A DNA stretch of 64,000 nucleotides from Mustelus asterias (taxonomy: Eukaryota), in assembly GCF_964213995.1 (NCBI RefSeq), contig NW_027590261.1, positions 434,001-498,000 of the forward strand. The letters are read 5' to 3'. Made by a program: the position numbers and the translations under genes. Under the pieces are notes generated by a model, which saw only the letters and a list, made by a program, of their open reading frames with translations, was not told the DNA's origin and ran no database searches. This document shows positions 38,145-48,520 of the stretch, piece after piece. Numbering within the stretch: the first letter of the stretch is position 1; every line of letters begins with the position of its first letter.

Positions 38145-38619
38145 ATGAGAGTCCTCCTTGTTTTCACTGTGTGTGTCTATTTATCCCGTGAGTACCGATC
38201 ACATCATACTACATTGTGTGGATTGAATATAAAGCTGCCCCAGTCCACCCCCCTTACAGACACTGTCACACTATAGTTGTGTGGTTCAGCTCCGATGGTC
38301 TATTAAACTCTCTGTGTTTAATTTCCAGGATCGTTCAGTCAGTCAGTGACACAGAGTCCGGCAGTGGTGACCAGGGAGGAGTGTCAGTCTCTCACCATCA
38401 CCTGTGTTTTACATGGAGTTTATGATTTAGAAACTGCTCATTTTTTCAGACAAACCCAGACCGGGACAGAGCGGGAGCAGATCGCCAGCGGAGGGAGATT
38501 TGTTGTGTCGGTGAATAAAGGAGAAAAGAAATTTTCACTGGAAATTCAGGACATGAGAGTTGAAGACACAGCCACCTATTACTGTAAAGCTCAGTACTGG
38601 TACTACACACATGGGACAC
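38145..38619 (+). CDS. NAR-TCR (NTCR) IgNAR-like V segment: leader 38145-38187, V exon 38329-38619 including a 28-nt D-like 3' extension
   Basis: MRVLLVFTVCVYLS/RSFSQSVTQSPAVVTREECQSLTITCVLHGVYDLETAHFFRQTQTGTEREQIASGGRFVVSVNKGEKKFSLEIQDMRVEDTATYYCKAQYWYYTHGT; IgNAR hallmarks: CDR2 deletion, 'E.I..GGR', 'FSL.I.D.RVED..TY.CKA'; extra FR1 Cys. Confidence 0.93.
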
Positions 38620-38647
38620 CACAATGGAATGGAGAAGGACAAATACC
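38620..38647 (+). other. 12-spacer RSS 3' of NTCR V(D)
   Basis: CACAATG, 12 nt (GAATGGAGAAGG), ACAAATACC. Confidence 0.85.
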
Positions 38648-38974
38648 CAAGGACAAAAAACCCCCAGTAACTCCCAGCAATTCCCAGCTTAGGTTACTTA
38701 AGCTGTCAGGATGATGTTATTCCCAATTCAACCTGGTTTAATTTCAGTGTAATTTCCTCCGATCAGTTATCATTCTTTAAAGTTTTTCTCCGTTAATAAT
38801 AACCTTGCATCTCTGCTCCTGTTCCATTTTCCCAGGAGCTCAGAGAATCACAAAGGACAGTGTGATTCAATTATTTTTTTGATGCAATCTATGTTCATTA
38901 TTGACTCCAGTCCCGTGAATAATTGAGAAACGCTGAGTGTCCGGTAATGCTGGCTGTTAGTTTGAGGTGTCAGT

Positions 38975-39013
38975 CATTCTTGTATTGAGCTGACTGAGAG
39001 CGGTGTCACTGTG
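38975..39013 (+). other. 23-spacer RSS 5' of NTCR J
   Basis: Nonamer-like CATTCTTGT (38975-38983), 23 nt, heptamer CACTGTG (39007-39013). Confidence 0.85.
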
Positions 39014-39066
39014 GGGAGAATGGAGATTTGCAGATGGGTCTGGGACGGTGGTGACTGTCACAGCCG
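39014..39066 (+). CDS. NAR-TCR J segment
   Basis: GEWRFADGSGTVVTVTA followed by a G|GTAAGT donor; the (D/Y)GxGT motif is IgNAR-J-like. Confidence 0.92.
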
Positions 39067-39413
39067 GTAAGTGACTCCAAATCCCTTCGTGTTACAGACT
39101 GTCCTGGTTAGTGTTCACCATCAGTTTATATTCGTTTTTAGTATCACTTCAATGCTCTGCTTCAAAAGCAGGGTGGTTTCCAGAGGAAGATTCTCAATTG
39201 CAGATTTAGACTTGGGAACAGGGTAATAAACTGAACTCGGGTTTGGCTGTGAGAACGGATTGAAGCAGTGTGAGACCCTAAATGACAAGTATCCTACGGG
39301 GAAGAAGATTCAGTGACCCCGCCTGGACCATTATTGGTTTAATGGAGGTATCGGGTGATCTTCATAACAGCCTGCACTCTCACTCTCCATACTGGTTTCA
39401 ATGAGCGCACATT

Positions 39414-39752
39414 AGGGGAGGCGGTGGCCAAGTGGAATTATCGCTGGACTATTCATTCAAAAACACAGCCAAAGTTCTGTGGATCCGCCAGGGCAGGTGG
39501 CGGAATTTCAATTCAATATAAGTATCTGGAATCAAGAATCCACTGAAGATCATGAAACCATTCTCGGTTGTTCGAAAATCCCATCTGCTTCACTAATGTG
39601 TTTCAGGGAAGGAAATCTGTCGTGATTACCTGGTCCGGCGCACATGTGACTGCAGAGCCACAGCAATGTGGTTGACTGTCAACTGCCCCTGGGTAACTAG
39701 GGACGGACAGCCAGCCAGCGATGCTGCCCATATCTCATGAATGAATAAAAAG
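39414..39752 (+). mobile_element. tRNA-derived SINE with a LINE-derived tail (second family)
   Basis: GGAATTTCAATTCAAT...CCCATCTG.TTCACTAATG...GGGAAGGAAATCTG...CACAGCAATGTGGTTGACT...GAATGAATAAAAA; other copies at ~40930-41240 (-), ~46620-46990, ~52525-52880 and ~63480-63790. Confidence 0.75.
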
Positions 39753-40426
39753 CATATTGTAGACACTCCGAACTCTGCTCCCTGCTCTCCATTGGAAGAG
39801 AGCGGAGTCACCGGGCGCAGGATTTCTCTCTGCTCCAGGAAATGTGGATAAGATACCGGGAGAGATAACCCAATATTGCAGCGGCTGGTCCAATACTGCC
39901 GCGTCAGGGAAAGGGGAATATGATGCAAATAGCTTCAAGAGATCATTTTATAGTTGAATCTGGCATTTCATTCTTGCACAATCAGTGACTAAAATAATTA
40001 TATTCTATCGGATTTTTATTTCCTTCCTATCAACAATCATTTCTGCTTTGACAGAATTGTAAAAAGTATGAATTGCATTCTCTTGCACGTATTGAAAGAC
40101 AACGGTGGACCAATCTGTTTGCATTATTTTTTCTCGATTTCAAAAACATGGCATTGTGCTCATTGAAACATAATCAATCCTTCAAGGATTGGGTTGTGTC
40201 GAGGCTGAGAGTGCTGAACCGTTCCATCGATTTTATTTTTGAATACTAATGGTATGAATGGATTTGGGAATATGTTAGCATTAAGGTAGACGATCAGAAC
40301 TAAACTTCTTGAATTGTACAGCGGGCCCTCAAGTTGGATTGGTCTACCATGTGTCTATTTCTTATGTATCTTATTATCAGATTAAATTTCTTGCATTCCG
40401 GAGAAAATAAGTAATCAATAATGTCT

Positions 40427-40785
40427 ATGAGGTTTATAAGATGATGAAGGGGATAGATAGAGTGAACGTTCAAAGACTATTTCCTCGGGTGAATGGAGCG
40501 GTAACTAGGGGGCATAACTATAGGGTTCATGGTGGGAGATATAGGAAGGATGTCCGAGGTAGGTTTTTTACTCAGAGAGTGGTTGGGGTGTGGAATGGAC
40601 TGCCTGCAGGGATAGTGGAGTCAGAAACTTTAGGAATATTTAAGAAGCTATTGGATAGGCACATGGAGTACTTCGGGATGCGAGGGAAGAAATAGCTTGA
40701 TCTGGGTTTCAGACAAAGCTCGGCACAACATCGTGGGCCGAAGGGCCTGTTCTGTGCTGTGCTGTTCTATGATCTATGTTCTATG
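40427..40785 (+). mobile_element. CR1 3' fragment in the J-to-supporting-V intron
   Basis: ORF 40441-40695 nearly identical to the C-terminus of the 34177-35559 ORF, plus tail. Confidence 0.93.
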
Positions 40786-41414
40786 AAAGCTTGGAAAAGC
40801 ATTGCCGTTTGTCTCCCGGAGGCTAGGAAGACATGAAAAGAATAGTATAAAAACATTGAACATTATGTTATTGTTTCAAGGAGGTACATGTGCAGAAACT
40901 GATCCTCCGGTGGGAGAGGTTTATTGAATTCATTTGTGTGGCATGGTTTCGCTCGCTGGCCAGCATTTATTAGTCACCCTTTAAATCAATGGCTGGCTAG
41001 ACCATTTCGAAGAGTAGTTGAGAGTCAAACAGATGGCCGTGTCTCTGCAGCTATGTGTAGGCCAGACCAAGTAAGGACGGCAGATTTCCTTCCCTAAAGG
41101 AAGGAAACCAGATGGAATTTTCCAACAATCGATGATTGTTTCATGGTCAACGGTAAGTTCTTAATTCCAGGTTTGTTTATTTATTGAAGTCAAATTCTAC
41201 CAGCTGTCGAGGCAGCATTCGAACCTGTGTCTCCAGAACAAGGAGACATTTACCCATGAAATTACTACCTGAACAGACATTTGGGTAGATTTACACGGAG
41301 ACACATGAGAGTTTGTTTGGAGAAACGGCGCGATGAATTTATGGTACAGCTTGAAAAATATGAGCGGGTGAGAGGAATAGATAGACACACTGTCAGGCTG
41401 TAAATGGTTATTTC

Positions 41415-41751
41415 TTAGAAAGAAAGAAACCCTACAGTGCAGAAACAGGCCATTTGGCCCATCGAGTCTGCACGGACCACAATCCCACCCAGACCCTACC
41501 CCCATATCCCTAAATATTTACCCGTTAATCCCTCTAACCTACGCATCGCAGGACACTAAGGGGCAATTTTTAGCATGGCCAATCAATCTAACCCGTACAC
41601 CTTTGGGATGAAACCGGAGCGCCCGGAGGGAACCCAAGCAGACACGAGGAGAATGTGCAAACTCCACACAGACAGTGTCCCAAGCCGGGAAGCGAACCCA
41701 GGTTCCTGGCGCTGTGAAGCAGCAACGTTAACCACTGTGCTACCGTGCCGC
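41415..41751 (-). mobile_element. HE1-like V-SINE
   Basis: Full head-to-tail reverse-complement match to 46274-46613. Confidence 0.9.
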
Positions 41752-42045
41752 ACGTGTTCACAAGGAGAAGTGATGTACAAGAACAAGCGTCGACCAGCTG
41801 GGCCGAGTGGCTTATTCGTGGTAAGTGGAAAGTGTAGAATGTAAATGTTAGACTGTTCGGAAAGGACAGAGAACAGTCAGCCAATGGATGAAATGGATTT
41901 AAATTCGCATATACCCTGAACGCAGTTCCCAGTGAGTAACAATAAAACCACTGCGGAAATTGAACTCGCTGAACCCAACCGACAACTGAGAGAAATTAGG
42001 ACAAGTTCCAATGACGGTTAGAAACCACAACAGACAGAAAACAAC

Positions 42046-42381
42046 TCATAGAATCATAGAAACCCTACAGTGCAGAAGGAGGCCATTCGGCCCATCGAGT
42101 CTGCACCGACCACAATCCCACCCAGGCCCTACCCCCACATATTTACCCGCTAATCCACGCATCTCAGGACTCTAAGGGGCAATTTCATTTTTAACCTGGC
42201 CAATCAACCTAACCCACACATCTTTGGACTGTGGGAGGAAACCGGAGCACCCGGAGGAAACCCACGCAGACACGAGGAGAATGTGCAAACTCCACACAGA
42301 CAGTGACCCGAGCCGGGAATCGAACCCGGGACCCTGGAGCTGTGAAGCAGCAGTGCTAACCACTGTGCTACCGTGCCGCCC
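42046..42381 (-). mobile_element. HE1-like V-SINE, young
   Basis: Near-identical reverse complement of 46274-46613. Confidence 0.95.
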
Positions 42382-43034
42382 AGATATAGAAATAATATGA
42401 AATCAACTTGCAAATATTTCTAATAGAAGCAAAACGATTGAATTGATTGATTGAAACAGACAAATAGCCCAACGGCAGACAGGAGTTACCCTGCAGTGCT
42501 GAACTACGGCCAATGGTCGGTCTTTGACCCAGAGATATATATTGTCCGTTCGGATTAATCGGTGTGGACCAATATCGCTGCCCTGTACTGAACCTTGATA
42601 TGCGCAGGGACATTAAAAAGCCTCATTTTCCTTTGGGCAATCAAATCTAGACAGCAATTGATTCAGCGAGAAGAGTGAACATTTATGATTTATTTTTCTG
42701 GTTTGATATTTCACCAATATATTTATTAGCAGATATTTAATAAAAATAGTGTCATATTCCGCAAAAAACCCATAATTTTGTCAATAATGTCAGTAATTTG
42801 AAGGTGCTGCCAATGTCCGCATTCGCCCTTCTTTCGTCCCCTTGTCAGTGGAATCTTGCCCTGTCCCAGAAGTATTTTTCCTCCTCAATTACCGTTTGAA
42901 CGTTAATTTAAAGCTTCTCCCAGCACTGCCCCTTCCGCAGTGAACTTCAGGTGAGTGTTGTTATCTGTGGAAAAAAAACCTGAAGATCTGCTACGCTTGT
43001 CTACTTTCAATAATCAATGCAATTTGAAACAAAT

Positions 43035-43340
43035 TCACAGAATCCCGACAGGACAGAAGACCATTCGGCCAATCGAATCTCTATCGACCGCATCCCAACA
43101 GAGGCCCTATTCCCATAACCCCAGACATTTACTGTGCTAATGCCGCTGGAAGACTGTGGTCAATTTAGCATGCCCAATCAACCTAACCTGCACATTTTTA
43201 GATGTGGGAGGAAACCGGAGGACCCGCAGGAAACCCACGCGGACGCGGGGAGAACGTGCAAACTCGAGGCAGACAGTGACCCGAGGCCGGAATAGAACCT
43301 GGTTCCCTGGCACTGTGAGACAGAAGTGCTATTGTGCCAA
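43035..43340 (-). mobile_element. HE1-like V-SINE, diverged
   Basis: GTGGGAGGAAACCGGAG...GGAAACCCACGC...AGAACGTGCAAACTC, the V-domain in reverse. Confidence 0.8.
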
Positions 43341-43448
43341 CCCCAAATTCAATGAAATAAAGTGCCGCAACAGACAGGCCAGATTGCCAAGTTTTTCCGG
43401 GCTAAACAGTGGCTAAAAAAAACAATTCATTTTATTTCTATCCTGCAG

Positions 43449-43754
43449 GTTCCAGCTCATCTGTGTCACCAAGTTCACTTCTCCAAACCTCTACTGTCGG
43501 TGACACGGTTACTCTAATCTGTGAATATTCAGGAATCTGTCAGTACACAGTACACTGGTATCGTCAGTCCCCAGGACAGGCTCCGAAGTACCTGCTTCAG
43601 ACTCACACATCAGGAGCGGAGAATAAAGAAAACACTCCCGGGGGCAGAATTTCCATTTATGGCCATTCTTCAGTCAAAATCAGCCGGCTAGAGATCTTCA
43701 AAGTACAACTGAGCGACTCCGCTGTTTATTACTGTGCATTGAGTGAGCGCACAG
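43449..43754 (+). CDS. supporting TCR delta V (STCRdV) of the NAR-TCR cassette, leaderless, with a CDR1 Cys
   Basis: Acceptor TTTCTATCCTGCAG|GT in phase with the J donor; GSSSSVSPSSLLQTSTVGDTVTLICEYSGICQYTVHWYRQSPGQAPKYLL...LSDSAVYYCALSERT; no leader exon found upstream. Confidence 0.92.
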
Positions 43755-43854
43755 CACAGTGACACAGAACACGGAGAGAGCTGTACAGAAACCTGAACAT
43801 AGTGAGGATTACAGACACAGTGATACAGAACACGGAGAGAGCTGCCCAGAAACC
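43755..43854 (+). other. two tandem 23-spacer RSSs
   Basis: CACAGTG(43755)-23-ACAGAAACC(43785-43793) and CACAGTG(43816)-23-CCAGAAACC(43846-43854); 61-bp duplication. Confidence 0.92.
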
Positions 43855-44265
43855 TGAACATGGCGAGGGTTATTGATTCTTGTACTCACCAAGATCAGAT
43901 ATTTCCGTATGTGTCTCTCCCCGCAACAACCACCGCCCCCCTTCCGCCCTCCCGCCCCACTCCCGCCATCCACCTTCACTGCTTTCCATTTCTCTCAGCG
44001 TTGGACAAGGTATTTACCAAGAATGGCTTCCACAGCCACATTTCCTTCCTCAGTGACTGTCTTCGTCTCTGACTTGCCCAACGTGGATATTAACTCAAAT
44101 TCCACCCCGCATGTAACTTCCAGGATTACGGGTACCAGCTTTGATAAAGGGTCATCTGGACTCGAAACGTCAGCTCTTTTCTCTTCTTACAGATGCTGTC
44201 ATCCCTGCTGAGATTTTCCAGCATTTTCTCTTTTGGTCTGTAATGCTCACCATGTTCACGTTTTT

Positions 44266-44359
44266 GGATTGGATTGGATTGGTTTGGTTTGGTTTGGATT
44301 GGATTGGATTCGGTTCCGTTCCCTTATTTGGATTGGATTGGATTGGATTGGATTGGATT
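44266..44359. repeat. (GGATT/GGTTT)n pentanucleotide microsatellite
   Basis: Directly visible. Confidence 0.9.
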
Positions 44360-46273
44360 CTTCCCCTAATGTAAGCAGGATTCCACTCAATGACCGAGTC
44401 TGATTAATATTACTATCATCAGTCTGGTTTGTTCTCCTTCATTCAATGAGCCATGAACCCCAGGATTGGGACTCTCTTTAAGAGAGAATAACGTCAGCAC
44501 TTTCAGTAACTCGATACCAATGTGTTCAAACAACGGGGGAGAAGCTCAGACAACAGCTTGACAGTCCCTCGGGGAAATGTAAAGTTAGTTCTCATGAACT
44601 AAAATTCAATACCATCTGGCCCGGAAAAACTTTCAGGGTCACTTTCACTCATTATACACTGAAATGGCGCTGAAATGGTGACAGTGAAGTAATCCAAAAA
44701 CCAGCTCTCAAATTGGGTTTTCATTCACATTTTCACATCCTTTCCTGCATCAGACACGCTTTCCTTCACTCGCTCTTTCCTCTGACCGATATCAGGCTCC
44801 AATCCTTCAACATGCGGATATTTATGTGATGAATGTTTACCGCTGTACCTTCTCCAAATCATTTGAGGCAAGTTGCATTCAACCATTTAACTTACATTTA
44901 TTTCAAGATGCATCAGGTCTTTCGGGAAACATTGATGAAGTCACTGTAGGTACTGTGATCCACAGAAGGGATATTGTGATCTGCCGCCCACTGGTAGATA
45001 TTTGGATAAGCGTTCCGATGTCGGGGGACAGAAGGAGAGAGAATACGTGACAGTTTCCGTTTGAGGAGAACTGGAGTTTTGCCAGACTCATTCAATATTC
45101 CAAGCAGAAAACTATATTTTGAGTCGTTAAGCTATATATTCGTAGAAAGAAAGTACAACAATGAGTGAAAAGCTGACGATGGGAAGGGGCAGGGTGGGAA
45201 AATAAATTGAAAAGATCGAGGACAATTAAGATAAAGGGTCAACAGCTGTATTTAGAAACCAGAAGCCGGAGTCGGGCATTCGGCCCTTCGGACCTGCTCC
45301 GCCATTCATTTTGATGATGGCTGAGTCCGGGCAGTGCGACGTGGGATTCAAACATGCAATTAAAATTTAAAGCTAGTTTCAGTATTGTTGGCCATAAGAC
45401 TCTGGTCCTTAAGAACTCATCCACTTTGCTAATGCCGAGTGCAGTCATTAGTAATAAAAGTTGCCATTTTCACAATATCTGCAACAGCAAAGTGCATCCA
45501 GTAGATGGCAATGAAACCGCGTTTGTTGGCATCGCATGAAACAGAGATTGTCTCAAATATTACTGCAAAGGACTCAGTCTCTACTCATCTTAAACTTGAC
45601 CCAGTCTCTGTTTATGTGACACTAAATCGTTTGTGAGATTGTGTGCCCATAATTCTCAGCTGTTTCTGTACTGGGAAAAATCCCAATTGATATTATACTG
45701 AACCAAGCCTCAATTGATATGTGACAGCACAGAATTAAATCTCAGTGAATATCATAATAGTATCAATTCCTCAGTTTTTAATTCACTAGATCCTGATACT
45801 AACTGAACATGTTGCTGTTTGCATTACACGAGGCTCTGTCTTAGTTCTAACTTTGCTAAAATCTGCCACGTATACACTAAACTAGACTGCTTTCCTTGAC
45901 GGGTTGGCACGGAGGTGATCTGATAAAGGTATTAACAATAACGAATGGTCTGTACAGGGTAGATGGAGACGAACATTTCACATTGGCGGAAGGATCTTGT
46001 ACCACAGGGCACAGATTGAAGTTATTTGGCCACAGACGCAAGGGGAAAAATGTTTTCACACAGTGAGTGATTCAGATCTGGAATTAGCTGTTTGAGAGTG
46101 TGGTAGAGACAGGGTCAATTGATGCTTTCAAAATGGTTTTGGATTATTAACCGGAAGCGAACAAAATGCAAGACTGCGGAGTATAGAGTGCAATTGGGTG
46201 GATTGCTCCTTTTAGAGGGCTCGAACAGACACGACGTGTCAAATGGTCTTCTTCTATACAGTAGGCATTCTAT

Positions 46274-46613
46274 GGGCGGCACGGTAGCACAGTGGTTAGC
46301 ACTGCTGCTTCACAGCTCCAGGGTCCCGGGTTCGATTCCCGGCTCGGGTCACTGTCTGTGTGGAGTTTGCACATTCTCCTCGTGTCTGCGTGGGTTTCCT
46401 CCGGGTGCTCCGGTTTCCTCCCACAGGCCAAAGATGTGCGCGTTAGGTTGATTGGCCAGGTTAAAAATTGCCTCTTAGAGTCCTGGGATGCGTAGGTTAG
46501 AGGGATTAGCGGGTAAATATGTGGGGGTAGGGCCTGGGTGGGATTGTGGTCGGTGCAGACTCGATGGGCCGAATGGCCTCCTTCTGCACTGTAGGGTTTC
46601 TATGATTCTATGA
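46274..46613 (+). mobile_element. full-length HE1-like V-SINE
   Basis: GGGCGGCACGGTAGCACAGTGGTTAGCAC (A box)...GGTTCGATTCCC (B box), V-domain, CR1-type tail GGGCCGAATGGCCTCC...TTCTATGATTCTATGA; absent from duplicate copy B. Confidence 0.95.
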
Positions 46614-47121
46614 AAAGGGAGACAGTCACATTGTGGTGATATCACCGAGTCAGTCGTTTTGAGGCTCAGACAATTTTCTTAGTACATGTGTTCAAATCTC
46701 ACTACAGCAGAATGTGTGATTCAAAAATGCAATTAGAATTTGGAATTTGAAGCTAGTTTCTGTAATGTAATTAGATGATTCCCGAAAAGCACATCTGATT
46801 CGCTAATGTCCTGCAAGGAAAGAAACCTTTCATCTTTATCCAGTTTGGACTATAGGTGACTCCAGTCTCACAGCAACGTGGTTGACTGTCAACTGTCCTC
46901 CGAGATGCTTAGAAAACCAATAAATGCATGGTATCAGAGATTGCCAACAAATGATGGCCTTGCCAGCGATGTTTGCATCGCATGAAATTATAATGAAACA
47001 ACATCTAAAATTGGTATTTTCACAACATCTGCAATAGCAAAATGTTTCCAGTAGAGGGCAGTGCAACCGTGATTGTTGGCATTACATGAAGCAGATGGGA
47101 TTTTAAGGTTTCGCTCGAGCG

Positions 47122-47322
47122 ATGATATGGAGATGCCGGCGTTGGACTGGGGCAGGCACATTAAGAAGTTTCACAACACCAGGTTAAAGTCCAACAGATT
47201 TATTTGGTAGCATGAGCTTTCGGAGCGCTGCCCCTCAACTGATGAGAAGCAGTGCTCCAAAAGCTCGTGCAACCAAATAACCCTGTTGAACTTTAATCGG
47301 GTGTTGGGAGACTTCTTACTGT
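47122..47322. mobile_element. Penelope-type inverted-repeat element
   Basis: Same arms as 3020-3141, with internal hammerhead-core-like motifs. Confidence 0.7.
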
Positions 47323-48262
47323 CGCTGGATCGAGACCGGAAGTTCCCGCCTGAGGTCAATGGACATTTCTGTTGTCCACTCCGATTCCGTTACGAGTAGG
47401 TGCATTTTAGCTATCATTTTCACCAATTAGCACACATATCAAGAATTTCTGTGAGATGATGAGATGATCAATTGCCAGCAATTCACTCATCATTCGGGAT
47501 ATGATTCATTCAATTTGCTCTCCAATGACACATACATAATTTCAATTATTATTGCAATGGACTCAACCTCTGCTCATCTAAAACTAGATCTGCCTCTGTT
47601 TATATGACACGGAATCTGTGTCATTTCTGATTACATGACAACAATTTTCAGTCGCTTGTGCACTCGGCAAAATCCCAGTTGCTATTATACTGAACTAAGC
47701 CTCAGTTGATATTACACCGTGCATTCTGGCAGTTACGGCAGCACATATTTAATTCTCGACTAATACCACAATTCTCCATTTCTCAGTTGTTACTTCACGA
47801 GACCTTATCTCCCCTGATACTGTACCAGAAAATGTTACTCATTGCATTACATGTGACTCTGTCGCAGTTATTACGTTGCTGGAACCTGCACACGTACACT
47901 AATCTAGACCACATCTCAATCACTGCTGTATCAGTCCACCTCCATGTTTATTCCAAACAACATGCTGTCTCTGTTATTATTGTCCTATGTCATGTTTCAT
48001 TTATTGCTGCACTTGTCCATGTCAAAGCTAATGTTAATCTAAGATCTTGGTCTACAGTTACTGCATCAGTCTTTGACTCAGTTTATACACAATGTCCAGA
48101 ATCAGACAAAATTACACTCGGCCTGGTGTCAGTTTTAATGTGCTTGATCCTCTCTCTGTTGCTAATGCGCTAAACCGTATCTCTGTTCATTTTTCACTCT
48201 ATCCTCTCTCAATTATTACTTTAATGAGCATTGCCTCGCTTTTCATTCCACTGGACCACATA

Positions 48263-48520
48263 TAGAACATAGAACATAGAACAGTACAGCACAGAACAGG
48301 CCCTTCGGCCCACGATGTTGTGCCGAGCTTTATCTGAAACCAAGATCAAGCTATCCCACTCCCTATCATCCTGGTGTGCTCCATGTGCCTATCCAATAAC
48401 CGCTTAAATGTTCCTAAAGTGTCTGACTCCTCTATCACTGCAGGCAGTCCATTCCACACCCCAACCACTCTCTGCGTAAAGAACCTACCTCTGATATCCT
48501 TCCTGTATCTCCCACCACGA
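48263..48520 (-). mobile_element. CR1 3' fragment
   Basis: RFFTQRVVGVWNGLP and an (AGAACAT)n tail; inserted after the duplication (absent at ~53545). Confidence 0.92.

Noticed and set aside
38620-38661. Alternative nonamer ACAAAAAAC (38653-38661) for a 23-type RSS on the NTCR V
   Set aside because: The spacer would be 26 nt from CACAATG and no heptamer sits 22-24 nt upstream; the exact 12-nt spacer with ACAAATACC fits better
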